DNA of 64,000 nt from Guillardia theta CCMP2712 (taxonomy: Eukaryota > Protista > Cryptophyta), in assembly GCF_000315625.1 (NCBI RefSeq), contig NW_005434612.1, positions 1-64,000 of the forward strand. The letters are read 5' to 3'. Positions 40,161-50,668 of this stretch are shown here, in pieces; within the stretch, counting starts at the first letter, position 1; every line of letters starts with the position of its first letter. Position numbers and translations under genes: made by a program. The notes beneath the pieces are model-generated. The model was not told where the DNA came from and ran no database searches. It saw nothing but the letters and a program-made list of their open reading frames with translations.

Positions 40161-40794
40161 GACAGTTTTTGATCAATCAAGGGGGAAGGAATGTGCTCCT
40201 GCTGGTTCCCCTCTGATCTAGCCCACGTCCTCCGCATGCAGACATGCGAGGAAAGATCTCAAGTCAGCACCAGATAGGAGACGAGAGTAAAGTACGATGT
40301 GGTAGGAGGAGACGTGGAAGTAGGAGTGGTCAGGGTCAAGCCTTCTCGGTGAGAGTAGGAGTAGTGGAAGTAGTGAAGTTGATGAAAATACTCGTTCATG
40401 AAGAATGTTGCAATAAAGATTCTTAAACCTCACTTGGTAAGTCTAAAGAACGACCACAACCACAGAGCTTCTAAAATGTGTAGAGAGAAATCATATACAA
40501 AAACATACAATCACCACTGAAAGAAATCAATAACGTAGGCATGCCTTGAATTTGTTCTCAAAGATACAGGCCTTGACCAACACCTTCCATGCGTCTTGAA
40601 TCCATGGAAATGCAACAGGAAGCTTAATCGACGGCATATTGACTTCCCATGACAAATATTACATCACATCCGCACAGCCATCACCAACTCGTGACCCCAT
40701 CCTTACTTGAGGTTCAACGTCACTGCAAGACTCGCCTCCCTCGTATCGTTTGCCTTTCCTTTCCTCTCATGGCCCTCAATTCTCCTCGCTGAAT

Positions 40795-43700
40795 TCAATG
40801 TCTACTCTCACGAAAGAGCTTGCGAGGCCTCAACTCGTCCTCCCCGTCTTCCTGTCGCTGCTGGCATGGCCGTCAGATCTCTCGACTATGACCTCCAGTC
40901 TCACCTCTTGATTTTTCACTCGCTTCCTCCTGGTCAAACGGGTGCTCTGACTATCCTCCTCCTCCTCAAGCTCCTGGCAGTTCTTGATGATCTCCTGCCA
41001 AAGGCACACTCGTGACTACGAGGTAGCAGGAGGTCAGGAGGCCTACCTTGAGCTCCTTGTCGATGGAGTCAAGCTCATCTCTCTGCCGTTGCAGCTCCTT
41101 ATATGCTTTGGCTCTCCAGTACTCGACGATGCCCATCCTTGCACACCTCACTTGCTTGTCCAGCAGCGTCTGGCTCCCGTCCCATGAAATGACCTTGTTC
41201 GGTCGGTCCAGTCCCACCACCATCTCGCCTCGAAGCATGGAGCGCGTGCGGTAGCGGATGGCATCATCCGACTGCTCGAAGACGACGAGCCTCCTGAAGA
41301 ATCGCTCGGCGAAGGAGAGCAGCTTCCTGTCTGTCTCTGCATCACGAGACTTGTTGAGGACGATGAAGCTGTCGGCTCGTCCCAGGGCCCCGCGAGACTC
41401 CTCGACGTCCTCGGGCAACCTGTCCTGCTCTACCAGGCAAGCGCTCTTGACTCGACACTTGGACTGACGGCAGATGCCGTCCATCTGCTCATCCAAGTCT
41501 CCATCGCTCTGAAAGATGACGGAGTTGAGGTCCTCGCCGAAAGCTGTCGACAAGGCCGTCTGAATGTCTGCTGCCCGAGGATGGTCGATGGAGAACAAGG
41601 AGGAAATACACCCTAAAGCGTCCTTGCAGCTCGCAGGAATCTTGACATCTGTGACCTCCGTCTTGTACTGAAGATCGTCATACTTGTTCTTGAAGTCCTT
41701 GAACCGCTCGGTCAGCTCTGCATTGTGATTCCTGATGCCTGTTTGAAACCTCTCACAGTCTCGCTTCAGCTTCCCCAAGTCCGAAGTTGCTGCGATATCG
41801 ACGTAGTAAGATTGGATAGCAGGAGAGACACCCTCTCGCTTGAGGAGCCTTGCAATAGCGTTCTCGATGTTTTGATGGCATATGGATGTTTGTACCTCGA
41901 CCCTGAGCTTCTCCTCTTCTTCTGTGTCGTCTTCGATAATCACCGGCTGTTCCTCGAAGGCGATGTTGGCTCTGCTCGCCTCCTGCACCTCCTCGTTCTC
42001 GTTGTCATTGATTGCAGTGTCATCGTGCACGCCAGCAGATGCAGCAGGAAGCGTCACGTTCATCGTTCGCTGATCCAACGACCTTATGGCAATGTTGCTC
42101 TGCACGTTAAACACAAGCGTACAAGCGCATAACTCCTGCTGCTCTTGTCTCTGAGGCACGAGCGTGAAGGTTCCTTTGACCGTGGGATGACGAGCGTTGA
42201 GGGTTACCGCATTGGTCTCTATCCGGACGAGATGGTCCTCCAGCACCCGTGCCACCACTGTAGCCTCCCACTCGCTCGTGGGATGATAGTTTGTCTTTCG
42301 AGACGCCCGGTCACATGCAGCGAGCGTGAAGCCACACTGAAGAGGGTCGTCAGTCGCAGGAGCATGAAGCTGCAAGTCCAGCTGCTCTACAGGTCCTGTA
42401 GCAATGGCGTGAGATACAAGCGGACAATCATGTCAAGCAGACAGTGTCTCTTACCTGACTTCACCTCCACGTTACAAGGCTTGGAAGCGATCGGAGGTCC
42501 TGCATACGAGGGTCTCGAGTCGACAAACTCAGCCGAGACCTGATGACTCCCGATCTCGCTGAGAGAGAAGGTGACGTGTACGCAGTTGCCGTCGAAGTTC
42601 TTGTACGACATGGGTATCATCTGCTTTTCACGGTACAGCCTCACATCCGGCATGGTACTCGTAGACCAGTCGTCGAGCTTTCTTTGGTCTTCGGTGTGGA
42701 GTTGGATCAAAGCTTCGAAGTCTGCTGCTGCAAGAGCTGAGCCTTGTGCGTACTCAAGATGTTTCTGTCGGTCTTTCACCGTCATCGCGATCTGAATGAC
42801 GGAGTTCCTAGCAGTTGCGATGACATTGAAGGTGAACATCTGTACTCGTTTTGACAAGATTTTAGGAAAATACTCTCCTGCTGGAAGGGCTGGAATTGTG
42901 CTGAGCTTGAAAGCATCCCCCCTTGACTCATCTGATACTTTCTCAAGCTCCCTGCTCTGTTTGCCTACCTGCAGCATCAGCGGCTGATCCCATGCAGCTG
43001 ACAAGTTGTTGTCCACACTGTCTGTAACGATGAACCTGATGTCACATTCGTACTCCGCCATGCTGGGGACTGAGAGGTTGACGAACGCTTGGCAGTCTGG
43101 CTGTACGCATATCTTGCACGGATCACCAGCTATCAGGTCCAAGTCCAGCTCGATGGGCTTCAAGTTGTAAGACTTTGTGCCACCTATACCTGTTTTCACG
43201 TTGAGCTTCAGCCCAAGCTTGAGAGTGCCCTTGGAGGGTTTACAGCGAATGAAAGCATTCCTTACAGTGATCTTAGAGCCTTTGATCGTGATGTTCCCAA
43301 GGGCATCTTTGCCTTCTACCACTTTGCGGTAGTTGTCATATAAAGTGACCGGAACCTCAAACCCATCTTCGCACGTGAAACTGAAGGCAAACTCATCATC
43401 CAAAGAAGGTTGGATGGGCGGGAAAACCACATATCCATCTCGATCCACTATGACTCCTTCCAACGTGAACAAGTCTCCTGCTTTGATATCAGAGATGCCT
43501 TGTGGTAGAGAAATCTTCAGCTTCTCAGGCTCTCCGGGGGTCACCAGGACATCAAGTTGGTACTGAAACAGTCGCGTCTCCTCTTTCTTCGTCTGCTTCG
43601 AGCCTGCACAGGAGAAGACCGAGATGGTCTGCTTGGAATTAGATCGTACGTACAACGGAGGCAGCGCAAAGACTTGATCCCGACCGGCTTCATAGACTGG

Positions 43701-46700
43701 CAGCTGTGCATTCATCCAGCTCATTTCTACTTTCAAGTTTGACCTGCCGTCCGCAAAGTGCTGGCAGGGCTGGTTTGTCTCGTCAGCAGCCACAAGGTAC
43801 AAGTCTGAGATCTTGTCGTTGTGCCGTGCGTTGAACGACACTGCTGCATTGTTGAGAGCCAACTCGACTCCTGATTGGAAGAGCTTCATGCGCCTCGGAG
43901 TTCCGCTCGGCTTCAGGGGACGTGAGAACCTCTGATGCAAGATCGTCGTCTCGGTCTCGTGGATGACATCTAAAGTCGCTTGAAGGCTCCGGGGAAACTC
44001 GTCGGAGTTGCAGAAGAACACATTGTCTGCCATCACATCAAGATCCAAAGTGTGCCTGAGGGAATCGTGAAACACAAGGCAACGACCCGAGATGTCTGAC
44101 AGCTTGACGAGATCACCGGCCACTGAATCCATTTGTAAAAGTAAGCGAGGATGATCACTGGTCTCCGAGAAATATTCAACCAAGATTCCAGTTTCATGTA
44201 CATGATTGAGAATAGACTTGACCCTTCCGAATTTTCTAACCTTCTGCCGCGATCGTCGGGAATCTCCTACTGAAATTTCTGCACCAGAATTCAAAATGAC
44301 ACAATCTCCTGTTTGGAAAAAGCCATGCTCCCTGTGAAATACCCCGACCGGTGCGCCTTGCTTGAGTATCATTTCTCTCCATCGACCCATGTCTGCTTCA
44401 CTAACTACCGTCTGAGCTGTTGCCGTATCATTCGAGAACAAAGAGCTCGCACACGAGCAGGTCAGGCGACATCTCCCTTTCCGTATCTTGTTTTCATCCG
44501 ACTGGCTATCGCCGTGAAGCAGGAGGTCCGGGCTCATCACCACGAGCTTGCCTTGGTTTCCGTCGCACATGTTTCCGCTCGCGTCTTGAATGCTGACGTC
44601 GACTGGCCCGAGCTGTTGGTAGTTGATATACTCCTCCCAGTCAGCGTCGCACTGTATACACGATGGCTGCCCATGCTGGACTTTGATCGAGATATTGTGC
44701 TCAACGACCTTCTGCTGATGAATGTCTGTGATGACTATGCGAGCAGGATACGTCCCGACGCCCCCATGAAGCACGCAGAGGTCTTGGATCCTGATGCTCC
44801 CAGCGTACTCAGGCGTGAAGGATAGCGAGACATCTAGAGCCCGAGCCTCGTCTACCAGAATGTCAAGCGTGTGGACGCCGAGTTGGAGATCGATGCTATT
44901 GTTGTATTTGTCGTGCACCTGTACTTCTAAGGAGGTCGTTTGCCCGAGCTCACATTGGATGATCGGAGTGTCTGGTCTGAGCGATACCTTGTGCATCTCT
45001 GCTGGGGTGATGTAGAACGTCGCGGGCTCGCACGTGAGCGGCGTCTGACCTGCAGCTGGCTCAAGGGATATCGTATACCGGCCTGCGACAGTCGCGAGCT
45101 TCTTCACTATCTTATCAGGATACGACAGATGCCCATTGGACACTTCGAAGCTTTCTGAGCAATCTTGTGACGCCACTGTGACCTTGAAGATCGGGATGTT
45201 TGTTTGAATGACTTCGTTGTTTGAGTTCTTGCAGACAACCCTTGTAAGCGGTAACATGCCAGCCTTCACGATGTGGTTGCGGAACTCGATAGCGACTGAT
45301 CTGACTATCTGCTTCTCATTCTTTGCTCTGGTAGCCTCGAACTCTTTGTTGCTGAGGGGCCTCATGGAGTAGTTTTGTATTCTGAAGCGATTATGCTTCG
45401 TCATGCTGTTGTCTGAAGCCAATAGAAGAAGCTCGACCTCCCCTGACGGCAAGTTCAAGTCAAAGTGCTTATCTTGCAAGAACCTCTCGATCCTTCCTAT
45501 ATGACTTTCAATCTTTGCTCTCTCCTTTGTTTCTTTGTACAGCTCGACAAATTCACCCACCTTATACTCATTGTCGCAGAATATGATCTTGTCGTGCTGA
45601 GACATTCCTTCAGCATCTATGTACTTTGGGTTTTCGTCTTCGAAGGAGACCTCTGCATCAAACTTGAGGTGACATTCTTTGAGCCAGAAATCGTATGCTT
45701 TTGCAAGGTCCTTCGAGTCAAGTGCATCTTGTAATTTTCTCATTTTGGTTTTGCCCATGTTGAATGACCATTTGCTTGCCTCTGGCTCGATCCCTCGGTC
45801 TACAAAGAGAATGCCGAAAGTCCTTGCATAGCATCGCTGCGGAGCAAGCGTCTTCTCTTCCTCACGGTATCTCATGAAGCCAGGAACATACTGCTCCCCT
45901 GGAAGCCATCGTCCCATCCAGAACACCATGAAGCGGCGATCCAACGAGGTTGAGTGCCCATGCAGCTCGTCAACGTACGGGACTGTGTCCTTGTTGCCCT
46001 GGTTCGGGAAATAGAATATCGCCCCCGTCGCGATCGAGCGCTTGGTGGGGTCTGCATGGTCGGGGATCTCGACGTAGATGGGGAAGCAGTCCTTGGCGTC
46101 GTCGCTCAGCACTCGGTCAAGGCAGCACGTCGAGTCTGCAAGTCGATGCGGAGGGGCCGAGCTAGCAGAGCCTTGATGGATCACCTCGAACTCCAGGTCA
46201 ATCTGCTCCGACATAGAGCCAGACTGGTCTCTACATTGCTTCAGCAACTTCTTCAAGCGGCTCATATCTTCATGAAACCTGTGTTCCCTCTGTGGTTTAC
46301 GACCCGTTCGCTTCCCATCTACAATCGGCTGATCTATCAGCCTCAGCACCTGGTCTACAAACCTCTTCGCGCCTGCCTGCTCTCCTTCAAGGTACATGTA
46401 GTACATCGCTCGGATGTTGCTCAGGCAGTGCCTGAGAGCTGCCGCAGAGAAAGCTCCATCGCTGGTAAAGAAATCAATCTTGAAGCCTTCTATGTCGATC
46501 TTGCAGAAGCTCGACGCGACGTCTTCGCCCTCCTGGAGAGACCTGATGCATCTAATTGCTTTCCAAGCCGATAAGGTTGAGTCTTCCACTACTTGCACAG
46601 TTCTGCTGTCTCGCGTCTTACTGCTCACAACATGTCTTGTCCCAAGGGCATTACAAGCATTTTTGGCCCCCACGCCATATCGAGAGAAGGTACCGCTCAG

Positions 46701-47437
46701 ATATCTCCTGAACGATGTGCAACCCTCGTCGTACAGCTCCTGCGTAGATGCTCGCTTTGACCCATACTGAAGCATTTCCTTGGGGTCTGAGCAGCCTATT
46801 CCATTGTCCACAAGATGAAAAGTGCCCCTTTGGAAGTTGAGTGTAACTCTGATAGTTTTGTTCTTGTCGTATTGGTTGCAGAGTACATGTTGTATCGAGT
46901 TATCAAAAAGCTCCCCGATCGCTGTCAAGAAAGAGTAATTACTGGTCGAACTTTCTAACATGCGCCCTTTATCAGGTGTGGTATCTTCCACTGTGACACA
47001 CTTGAAGGTAGAGAGGGTGTCTGCCAATGATCACATCAGTTCTTGACATGTCTCAGCTCCGGCATTCACCTTTAGCGGGCAGCAGCAGAAGTTTGTACGG
47101 TCCGGCATTGGAGTCAAACTGGAGCGAAGAGACTTCCATGAGGGTAATAGCATTGTAAAGCTTGAGGCCCTGGTACAGGACATGCTTGTCAGTTGAGATA
47201 GCGCATCATGGAAGGATGCGACACCTTGACCGACAGGTTGAGCTCGTCAGTCAAGTGCTTTACGAGGCTCTCTACGGCTTGGAAGGTGTTGATCTCTTGG
47301 ATGCTCAGGCGGGTGGGAGGTCTGGGGCCACGTGGTCAGGTAAATCAAACATCAGCATACTTCTGTTACCTTGCGGTTCCATCGGTGGTAGGAGGTAATA
47401 CTTTATCATCGATGTGTATCTCAACAGGCTCAGCCAT
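40795..47437 (-). CDS. SMCHD1/GMI1-like protein (GHKL ATPase - transducer - BAH-like - beta-rich linker with extra BAH - coiled coil - SMC hinge), about 2,100 aa, about 7 exons
   Basis: GHKL motifs AIGELFDNS, LVDNGIG, FSRYGVGAKNA, VVSSK; SMCHD1-like transducer words FMVFWMGRWLP, RCYARTFGILF, FWLKECHLKFDAEVSF; hinge-like ALGCISSLFSID...ALSTAFGEDLNSVI and LVVFEQSDDAIRYR; a short intron at about 42388-42454 joins the 1546-aa and 469-aa ORFs. Confidence 0.85.
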
Positions 47438-47711
47438 CTGTTGACGGTTCAGCTCTTTTTCCTCATCCTCTGTGTATTGATAGATGCGTTGATGAAAAGA
47501 AGGAGAAGCGCGAGCCGAGGGGGAAGGGAAGGTGGATAGGAATGAAGAATGTGAGGGGAGCGAGGGGAGGGAGAAGAGAGGAGAAGAATCCGCAAGCGGA
47601 AGGGAGGGAGAAGAATGGAAGGTTCCAGGATGAAGAAGTTTTTTGTGGCGGGCGGGAGGGAGGAAAGCTAAAAGTTGAGATAATGACAGTAGAGGGAGAA
47701 AGAAATGGAGA

Positions 47712-48021
47712 GAGGAGCGGGGAGGAGCGGGGAGGAGCGGGTAGGAGCGGGGAGGAGCGGGGAGGAGCAGGGAGGAGCGGGGAGGAGCGGGGAGGAGCGG
47801 GGAGGAGCAGGGAGGAGCGGGGAGGAGTAGGGAGGAGCGGGGAGGAGCGGGGAGGAGCAGGGAGGAGTGGGGAGGAGCGGGGAGGAGCGGGGAGGAGCGG
47901 GGAGGAGCGGGGAGGAGCGGGGAGGAGCGGGGAGGAGCGGGGAGGAGCGGGGAGGAGCGGGGAGGAGCGGGGAGGAGCGGGGAGGAGCGGGGAGGAGCGG
48001 GGAGGAGCGGGGAGGAGCGGG
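47712..48021. repeat. 10-bp G-rich tandem repeat (ggaggagcgg)n upstream of the SMCHD1-like gene
   Basis: About 30 units with occasional single-base variants. Confidence 0.92.
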
Positions 48022-48948
48022 GTAAGTGGAGCAGGCTCAGTGGGGAGAGAGGTGAGCTCGAGGGGGTTAAGAGAAGCAAGAAGGACTGAGCAGGCTCGCC
48101 TCAGAACTTTCTCCTATTTAACTAATAGTTAATCCTATTTGACTAATAATTTCTCCTATTCGCCCGTTACACGGACAGACCCACCTGCAGACCCACAAAC
48201 TGAGGTTGGACTGAGTGGGGACGAGGGGTCACTCCTTGCTGGGTTGTGGGGGGGATGAGGGACGAAAGTTGGAGGTCGGCATGGAAGTTGGCACCCAGTG
48301 TTGGTACCGGCCGCAGGTAACCCCCACCCCCTTCGAAATAACCCCCTGTCATAATTCTGCATGTGACCCCTATCTAAAAAGTTAAATTCATAGTACCCCC
48401 ATGGGTATTTTGGAGCATTCCCGTTGACTACCCCCGTCTATAACACCCCTACCCCCTATTCAAGAATTCGCAACAGAAACCGCCCAAGAATGTTGTCTTT
48501 CGCTCCCGCTGCTCTCGCATGCTTGCCATCGCGATCATAATTTCTCCTCTCCCTTGTCCTTTCTTCTCAGCCGACCCAATCTTTCCCGTCCTTGCATATC
48601 TGCTTCCTTGATCCTACTTCTCTACCTTCCCCAACGACTCGACTCGCCCTCATCCCTCAAATTTCAATCCCTTGCTACCAGCCCCCCAGTCTTGTCCATT
48701 GCTCGTCCTTGTACTTGTTTAACTCTTTATTTCTATTGCTAATCTCTCCTGTCCTCCCCCCTATCTGCCCTTGCATCTGTTGGAGAGCACTGAGCACTGA
48801 ACCTGCTCCACGAGCCTTATCCGGCATTTCCGTCCCCTGCTTTACCCTCAATCAACTCACAATTGTTGCCTCCTACTTTTCTTTCCCTGCCTCTTCACCT
48901 GATCCTCCTGTTGACAACTTGTTCCCCTCGGGCTGAAGTTTTGTTCAG

Positions 48949-50339
48949 ATGGGATGCTCATCTTCTTCGAACGCGAAGGCTGTACAGGAGCCTGTGAAAC
49001 CTCCTGTAGCAGATGCAAAACCCGCGCAGACAAGCAGCGCACCACCAAAGAAGGAGGAAACTCCCACGCCTGTTGAGAAACCTGTGGAGGAGCAACCAAA
49101 GGTGGTGGAAGCATTGGAGAAGAAAGAGAAGGAGGAGGAGAAGGAGAAGGAGAAGGAGAAGGAAGAGAAAAGGAGCAGGAGAAGGAGAAGGAGGAGAAAG
49201 AGAAGGAGACGCAAGGGAACGCGAAGAATGAATTCGAGCCATTGCCAGTTCCAACTGAGGAGGTGACGGAGCATCGAGAGCGTCCCAACCTGGTGTGGGC
49301 AAAGAATCCCATGGCTGAAGGTGAGGAGGAGAAAGAACAAACGGGAGGCGAAGCTCCTGCCGAAGGGGAGAAAATGATCAGTTTCAACCCCATCCTCCTT
49401 CCCGTTCCACCTGCGGAAGGAGGATCAGCAGTACAGCTCTACTGCCCTCTCACCTCTGTTGAGGAGCTGTCCGGATTGAGCGTCCTCGTGCTTTTGAGGG
49501 AGAATAAGATCCCGCACGACTTGAAGAAGGAAAGCATCGCTGAACCTGAGGTAAGGAAAGGAGAGGAGAGGAGAGGAGAGGAGAGGAGAGGAGAGGAGAG
49601 GAGAGTCTTGCTGAGCGCATGGAGCAGAGAAAGATGCCCGTCTACCTCGATGACGGAGGGCTTCACTTGTGGTGCTTCCGTCTCTCCCCTTTCCGCCTCC
49701 TCCTCCTGACTTGCTTTCCTCAGGGAAGCCAACGCTGCTCTGCGCTACATCTGCACCAAGGAGGAGCTGACTGGCTGGTACCCTGCCGATGTCCAGAAGA
49801 GAGCGATCTGCGACAATGCGCTCGAGTTCAACGGGAACGTGCTGATGCCAATGATGGCAGCTGCGCTGGAGAGCTACAAGAAGGGAGAAGAGCGGGCGGC
49901 AGAAGCTGTGAAGCAGGACGAAGAAAAGTTCCTCAGCGACGTGTGGCCTGCATTGAATCATCTGATCCAGAGTGGGGAAGGACCCCTGCTGGTACGTTCT
50001 CCCACCTTCCACCTCCCTCCCTCCTCGCTGCTCCTCGCTGCTCCTCCTGCTCCTGCTCCTCCTCCCTCCTCCCTCATCATCGCTCCTCATCGCTCCTCCC
50101 TCCTCCCTCCTCCCCCCTCCCCCCTCCTTCCTCGTCTCCCCCTCTTCCTCCTCTCAATTCAACTTCCCTCACTGACTCGGGCCGCGCAGGGCGGTGCGGC
50201 ACCCAGCATCGCCGACCTCGCCGTCTTCCCGCACATGCTCGTCGTTACCCGCAAACTACCAGAGCACTTCGTGTCGCAGCACGAGGGAGTGAAGAGCTAC
50301 CTCGAGGCTCTGCACGCAGCCCTCCCCTCCTTGGGATGA
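48949..50339 (+). CDS. Glutathione S-transferase-like protein with an N-terminal MGC acylation motif and a charged linker
   Basis: MGCSSSS start; GST-N-like KMPVYLDDGGLHLW/EANAALRYI, WYPADVQKRA; GST-C N-cap GGAAPSIADL. Confidence 0.78.
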
Positions 50340-50668
50340 AAACCCATGAAGGAGGCTGAGAGCTGGGTGTAGGGAGGAGTATGATCTTAAATTTTCCATT
50401 CGAATAAATAATTGTTTTGCTGTCAGTCGTCCTTGAATCCCCTTGGTGNNNNNNNNNNNNNNNNNNNNNNNNNNNNNNNNNNNNNNNNNNNNNNNNNNNN
50501 NNNNNNNNNNNNNNNNNNNNNNNNNNNNNNNNNNNNNNNNNNNNNNNNTTCGTCTCCTCTCTGGTATGCCTTCCCCCGTCCTTTCTTCCTCTCCACCTGA
50601 GTTTTTTCCGTCCCATCCTCCTCCTCCTCCACCTCCTCCTCCTCCTCCTCCTCCTCCTCCTCCTCCTG

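Noticed and set aside
42387-47027. Hsp90, MutL, MORC or sacsin assignment for the 1546-aa ORF
   Set aside because: The transducer motifs, long beta-rich linker and spliced C-terminal hinge fit SMCHD1/GMI1 better.
47366-48132. Repeat-protein ORFs (PAPPRSSPLL / GRSGEERGGA)
   Set aside because: Translations of the 10-bp array; only the last about 23 codons of the minus-strand ORF belong to the SMCHD1-like first exon.
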